The position numbers and the translations under genes are program-made. A stretch of 20,000 nucleotides of DNA, taken from an uncultured virus (IMG/VR IMGVR_UViG_3300042336_000327). Taxonomy: Duplodnaviria > Heunggongvirae > Uroviricota > Caudoviricetes. The notes beneath the pieces are model-generated. The model saw only the letters and a program-made list of their open reading frames with translations, searched no databases and was not told where the DNA came from. Of this stretch, positions 15,733 through 20,000 are shown piece after piece. The stretch spans positions 116,983 through 136,982 of the IMG/VR virus record IMGVR_UViG_3300042336_000327. One strand, 5' to 3'. The number at the start of each line of letters is the position of its first letter. Position 1 is the first letter of the stretch.

Positions 15733-15740
15733 TATAAATA
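15733..15740 (+). promoter_or_regulatory. T4-like late promoter
   Basis: Perfect TATAAATA upstream of the 15790 structural gene. Confidence 0.7.
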
Positions 15741-15789
15741 AACCAGAATAGTAAATACTGTTCCTTCTGGTAGATACCGAATGTGTTAA

Positions 15790-18321
15790 ATGGCCGATCC
15801 AATTATTAGGTTTAAAAGATCAGCAGTCCCTGGTAAGAAGCCAACTTTAGAGCAACTTCCTCTAGGTGAGCTAGCCATTAACACATATGACGGTAGAATT
15901 CTTTTAAAGCAGGATAGAAACGGGGTTGGGATTGGCACCAGAATTGTAGAAGCTGGTGCAGCAACAACCGCTGGTAAGACACTATTCGTTACAATGAATG
16001 GTTCGGATGATAATACTGGTCTGAACCAAATTGATTCAAAAAGGACAATTGGTGCCGCAGTTTCTGCTTCTGGTCCATATGATACGATAAGGATTTTCCC
16101 TGGAACATATGTTGAGAGTAATCCTATCAACATGTGTGATAACCTTGGAATCGAAGGTGCAGAACTTAGAAACTGTATAGTTACTCCATCTGACCCATCA
16201 AAAGATTTGTTTTATATGGGCAATGGTTGCCATATAACAAACATCAGTTTTATGGGGCAACCATCGACAAATGGTGCGGCGGTTGTTTCACTAAGACCAC
16301 TATTAGGAACTGCAGCAGACAGATATTTTGATGCTGCTCGAATGATTCGTAATAATATTGAATTTATTGCTAGAGAAACAGTAGGGTATATTACAAGCAC
16401 AGATTATAGAAATCCTGCATTCAATATCGGAATTGGAACAGTCAATAATTGTATCGAAGATATTCGTTCAATTTGGAATTGTGTTTGCCACGACATTACC
16501 AGAGGTGGCAACTCCAAGTGTGTAGGTGCAGGTAAGTCATATTACAATGGTGGTGCAATTCAACATATTGTTGGTGTAAAGACAGAAACGATTGATGCAA
16601 TTCAATACTCTGCAGGCATTGTTAGATCGATTATCAATAACGCTACTTGGGGTAGTAAGTCTGCTGGTATTGGAAGTCTATCAGTTACTAATGCAACTTA
16701 TGATAGAACAACTGGTGTTACAACAATTACCGTAGCAAATCACGGACTTTTAAAGGATGATCCTGTAAAAATTATCGGTCTAGGATTTACTTGTAATTCT
16801 GGACCTGGAACAGTCATTTATCCAGATGGTTCTTTCGGATATATTTTCCCAGTCAAGAGTGTTGTTGGAGTTAATACGTTTGAAGTTGTGGTTGGTGTAT
16901 CCACATTGGACCACTTCTATACGTCTGGTGGAACAGTTGAGAAATATACAAATTATCAGAATGAATTTACTCAGGTAAAGGATCTATCAATGCAAGCTGA
17001 TCCTCTAACTGGATTTAATAATAGTGTGAATAGTTGTGCTAACGTTGTATCTGCAATTTATTCTTGCGTTGGGATTGTTACTACTATTATTGATGTCGGA
17101 CTTTCTGCAAGTGGAATCAATACAAACTATCCTGGTAATAATGGTGCAATTAACTCAGGAATTCTAACATCTTCATTAAGTCCTCTGCAAGGAACTGGTC
17201 CAGTTACAAAAGGACCTTATGTTAGAAACTGCACCAACTTTATTCCTAATAGTATTGGAGCTAAAATTGATGGATTCAACTCTGAAGTAGGAGACCAAGG
17301 AGACATTGGTATTCAGGGTGCATTCCACGTTGATTCCTATACACAATATAATCAAGGTGGAATTGGTGTTTCCATCACAAACGGTGCTTATGCTCAGTTG
17401 GTTTCTATCTTTACTATTTGTACTGACCGTGCAATTTATACTGGACAAGGCGGACAGTTAGACCTTACAAACTCTAACTCTTCATTTGGTAGAGAAGGTC
17501 TTGTATCTGAAGGTGTGGGTGATGAAACTACAAAATCAACTGATAGATATACCGCAGGACTTACAACCCTGACAACAAGGGGTGATAATGTTGTCGTTCT
17601 CTCTGGGGTTGGTACATTCAGACCTTATTCTGGACAATCAGTTTATTTTGATAAGAAGTATTACTCAGTTCAGTCCGCAACAGTTACAAATCCTGGAGCA
17701 GGATATTCAACACCACCTTTGGTTACTGTTACTGCACCAACTGGTCCTGGTAACGCAATTCCTGCTCAGCTTACTGCAAATCTTAATTCTCTTGGTGGAG
17801 TTGATAGTATTAACATACTTACAACTGGATTCCAGTATGAGTTAGATAGTCCTCCAGTAATTACAATTGCTGCCCCTGTTGGTGGTGGAGTAACAGCAAC
17901 TGCAGAACCAGTGCTATCTCCAATTTATTATTTGATTGATTCTGCAACTCTTCCATCATCTGGAATCACAACAGTCTCTCTGGTACAGAATCTAAATAAT
18001 GATGTTGGAGCAGGATTAACTGCATATTTTGCTAGACAAAGTTTGCAAATCGCTTCTTCACATTCTTTTGAGTATATTGGTGCTGGAAATGCAATTGAAA
18101 CTGCAAGACCTTCTAAGGGTGGAGTGACAGTTCAAGAAAATGAAGTTGTAAAGATTGATGGTGGTGAGGTCATTTATACGAGCACTGACCAAGATGGTAA
18201 CTTCAGAATTGGTGATGGTGTTATAATCGACCAAACTACAGGAACAATTTCTGGAGCAATTTATGTTAAGAGTTTGTTCAGTCAGGTTACCCCATTCATT
18301 CTAGCTCTAGGAGGAGATTAA
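15790..18321 (+). CDS. Large virion structural / tail-fibre-like protein with probable beta-helix region
   Basis: N-terminal IRFKRSAVPGKKP...LGELAINTYDG module; LFVTMNGSDDNTG...KRTIGAAV and PYVRNCTNF...DSYTQYNQGGIG motifs seen in cyanomyovirus structural proteins. Confidence 0.7.
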   Translation: MADPIIRFKRSAVPGKKPTLEQLPLGELAINTYDGRILLKQDRNGVGIGTRIVEAGAATTAGKTLFVTMNGSDDNTGLNQIDSKRTIGAAVSASGPYDTIRIFPGTYVESNPINMCDNLGIEGAELRNCIVTPSDPSKDLFYMGNGCHITNISFMGQPSTNGAAVVSLRPLLGTAADRYFDAARMIRNNIEFIARETVGYITSTDYRNPAFNIGIGTVNNCIEDIRSIWNCVCHDITRGGNSKCVGAGKSYYNGGAIQHIVGVKTETIDAIQYSAGIVRSIINNATWGSKSAGIGSLSVTNATYDRTTGVTTITVANHGLLKDDPVKIIGLGFTCNSGPGTVIYPDGSFGYIFPVKSVVGVNTFEVVVGVSTLDHFYTSGGTVEKYTNYQNEFTQVKDLSMQADPLTGFNNSVNSCANVVSAIYSCVGIVTTIIDVGLSASGINTNYPGNNGAINSGILTSSLSPLQGTGPVTKGPYVRNCTNFIPNSIGAKIDGFNSEVGDQGDIGIQGAFHVDSYTQYNQGGIGVSITNGAYAQLVSIFTICTDRAIYTGQGGQLDLTNSNSSFGREGLVSEGVGDETTKSTDRYTAGLTTLTTRGDNVVVLSGVGTFRPYSGQSVYFDKKYYSVQSATVTNPGAGYSTPPLVTVTAPTGPGNAIPAQLTANLNSLGGVDSINILTTGFQYELDSPPVITIAAPVGGGVTATAEPVLSPIYYLIDSATLPSSGITTVSLVQNLNNDVGAGLTAYFARQSLQIASSHSFEYIGAGNAIETARPSKGGVTVQENEVVKIDGGEVIYTSTDQDGNFRIGDGVIIDQTTGTISGAIYVKSLFSQVTPFILALGGD

Positions 18322-18325
18322 TTAA

Positions 18326-18667
18326 ATGGCAGCAGCATCGGCAGCAGTAAATACTTTTCAGACGGTAACACAAACCGTAGGAACTTCAAACGCAGTAGTT
18401 TATACTGCTCCTGTTGGATACACAGGAGTAGTTCTTTTGGCTCAATGCACAAATATGGGAGCTACGACTTATACAATGACATTAAATTTCCGCAGAGATG
18501 GATCTGACACTCCTTTAATTAAGGATATTCCTATTGCACCTAATGACACTGTTAATCTACTTGCAGGAAAATTAGTATTAGAAACTGGAGACTCTCTGGT
18601 TACCTCTGGTAGTAATGCAACGAATTTGAAATTTTTAACTAGTATTCTAGAAACTTCTAACCTCTAA
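18326..18667 (+). CDS. Hypothetical, probably structural, protein (113 aa)
   Basis: VYTAPVGYTGVVLLAQ...GKLVLETGD; sits between two fibre-like genes. Confidence 0.7.
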   Translation: MAAASAAVNTFQTVTQTVGTSNAVVYTAPVGYTGVVLLAQCTNMGATTYTMTLNFRRDGSDTPLIKDIPIAPNDTVNLLAGKLVLETGDSLVTSGSNATNLKFLTSILETSNL

Positions 18668-18680
18668 TTCGTAGAATAAA

Positions 18681-20000
18681 ATGGCAGGTCCAATAAGATA
18701 TCTCAGCGGTAGAAACGAACTTGTACGCATTGGTATTCCTGATTATACCGAAAGTAGATCAGTATTACAAATAACTGGTAGAGTCGGTATTGGCACAACC
18801 AATGCAACTAGTGACTTGTATGTTAAAGGTGGTGCAGAAATCACTGGTATTGTTACCGCTAGTTCTTTTGTTGGATCTTTTGAGGGTGAAGCAACAACTG
18901 CTGGATATGCAAAGACAGCAGGTGTCTCTACATATGCTTCTTCTGCTGGAATTGCAACTTATACTCCTACCGCAGGATTCTCAACGTATTCTGGTCAAGC
19001 AGGTTTCTCCACTTATTCTGAAGTTTCTGGAATCGCTACATTTTCTGATTATGCGACTTCTGCTGGTGTAGCAACTTATGCCGCTTCTGCTGGCGTAGCA
19101 ACTTATGCACCAAAGGCTGGATTCTCTACATATTCTGGTCAAGCTGGGTTTTCAACCTACGCACAAATTTCTGGAATCTCTACGTTTTCTGGTTATGCCA
19201 CAAATGCAGGTGTGGCAACCTATGCTTTTGTAGCTGGTGTATCTACATATTCGGGCCAAGCAGGATTCTCAACGTATTCTGAAGTTGCTGGCATTGCAAC
19301 ATACGCTGAGGTTGCTGGTATTGCAACTTATGCTCCCCTATCTGGAATTTCAACTTCTGTTATTGGTGGAATTGCAGATCTGACAAGACTGTCAGTAAGT
19401 GGAGTATCCACTCTAGGTGGTGGTCTTACTGTAAGTAAGGCACTAGATGCACAGAATATTTTTGTATCTGGTCTAAGCACATTCTCTGGCAACGTATCAT
19501 TTGGTGCCTCTGCATACTTTGGTGATAATGATAGATTGTATTTTGGAAACACTCCATCTTTGGATATTTATCATTCATCTGGTCAATCCTACATTAGGGA
19601 TATTGGTGCTGGTAATTTAAGATTGGAAACTAATGGTGCTGCAGTTGTTATTGCAACCACTGAGGGTGAAACTATGGGTTCATTCATAAGGAATGGATCA
19701 GTAGAACTCTATTACGATAATTCCAAAAAGTTAGAAACTGTTGCAACTGGTTCGACTGTTTATGGAACTCAGTTTGCCAATCAACTTTCAATTACTGGTG
19801 TTTCAACATTTGCTGATAATCTTGATATTGGTGATAACGAACTAAGATTTGACTATGGGGTAGCAACTCCTACTGGGTCAATCATTAGAACTTCTGTAGT
19901 ATCAAAGGATGTTGATATTTTCAGAGTCAATGGTCTTGCTAATGGTATAAGTGGAAATAGTGCAGACTATGGATTTAATATTAAGTATTTTGGAACAAGA
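18681..20000 (+). CDS. Tail-fibre-like protein, 3'-truncated by the window edge
   Basis: Not in the ORF track because there is no stop. ATG 18681, MAGPIRYLSGRNELVRIGIPDY..., appears open for 440 codons to the window end; has VGIGTT, SGVSTF and ELYYDNSKKLET motifs. Confidence 0.8.
   Translation, partial: MAGPIRYLSGRNELVRIGIPDYTESRSVLQITGRVGIGTTNATSDLYVKGGAEITGIVTASSFVGSFEGEATTAGYAKTAGVSTYASSAGIATYTPTAGFSTYSGQAGFSTYSEVSGIATFSDYATSAGVATYAASAGVATYAPKAGFSTYSGQAGFSTYAQISGISTFSGYATNAGVATYAFVAGVSTYSGQAGFSTYSEVAGIATYAEVAGIATYAPLSGISTSVIGGIADLTRLSVSGVSTLGGGLTVSKALDAQNIFVSGLSTFSGNVSFGASAYFGDNDRLYFGNTPSLDIYHSSGQSYIRDIGAGNLRLETNGAAVVIATTEGETMGSFIRNGSVELYYDNSKKLETVATGSTVYGTQFANQLSITGVSTFADNLDIGDNELRFDYGVATPTGSIIRTSVVSKDVDIFRVNGLANGISGNSADYGFNIKYFGTR
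18918..19355 (+). repeat. Tandem 27-bp (9-aa) AG[VIF][SA]TY repeats
   Basis: About 16 units, e.g. AGVSTYASS, AGFSTYSGQ, AGIATYAEV. Confidence 0.85.

Noticed and set aside
3198..19355. CRISPR array or diversity-generating retroelement suggested by the repeats
   Set aside because: The repeats are in-frame, degenerate coding repeats with no unique spacers. No cas or reverse transcriptase gene, and no adenine-specific template/variable repeat pair, was seen.

Overview
This window is a segment of a T4-like cyanophage (cyanomyovirus) genome, probably infecting a Synechococcus/Cyanobium-type host. All supported genes are on the + strand. In order: (1) the 3' part of a family-25 glycosyltransferase; (2) a tightly coupled light/redox cluster (hli, small membrane ORF, petF, hypothetical, second hli, peroxiredoxin); (3) a probable late structural block (Gln-rich collagen-like protein, subtilisin-family S8 protease, two fibre-like proteins); (4) intronless psbA with a structured PhotoRC-II-like 5' leader, an EndoVII/F-CphI-like free-standing endonuclease, and psbD; (5) small hypotheticals, a class II aldolase, a SAM methyltransferase and an HNH endonuclease; (6) further fibre-like genes running off the right end. 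The main signals beyond gene calls are: promoter boxes sitting in the loops of terminator hairpins, a shared HLR1/RpaB-like motif at the hli, psbA and psbD promoters, a locally recoded 3' patch of psbA beside the endonuclease, and the collagen + protease + fibre module. All calls come from reading the sequence; no searches were run.
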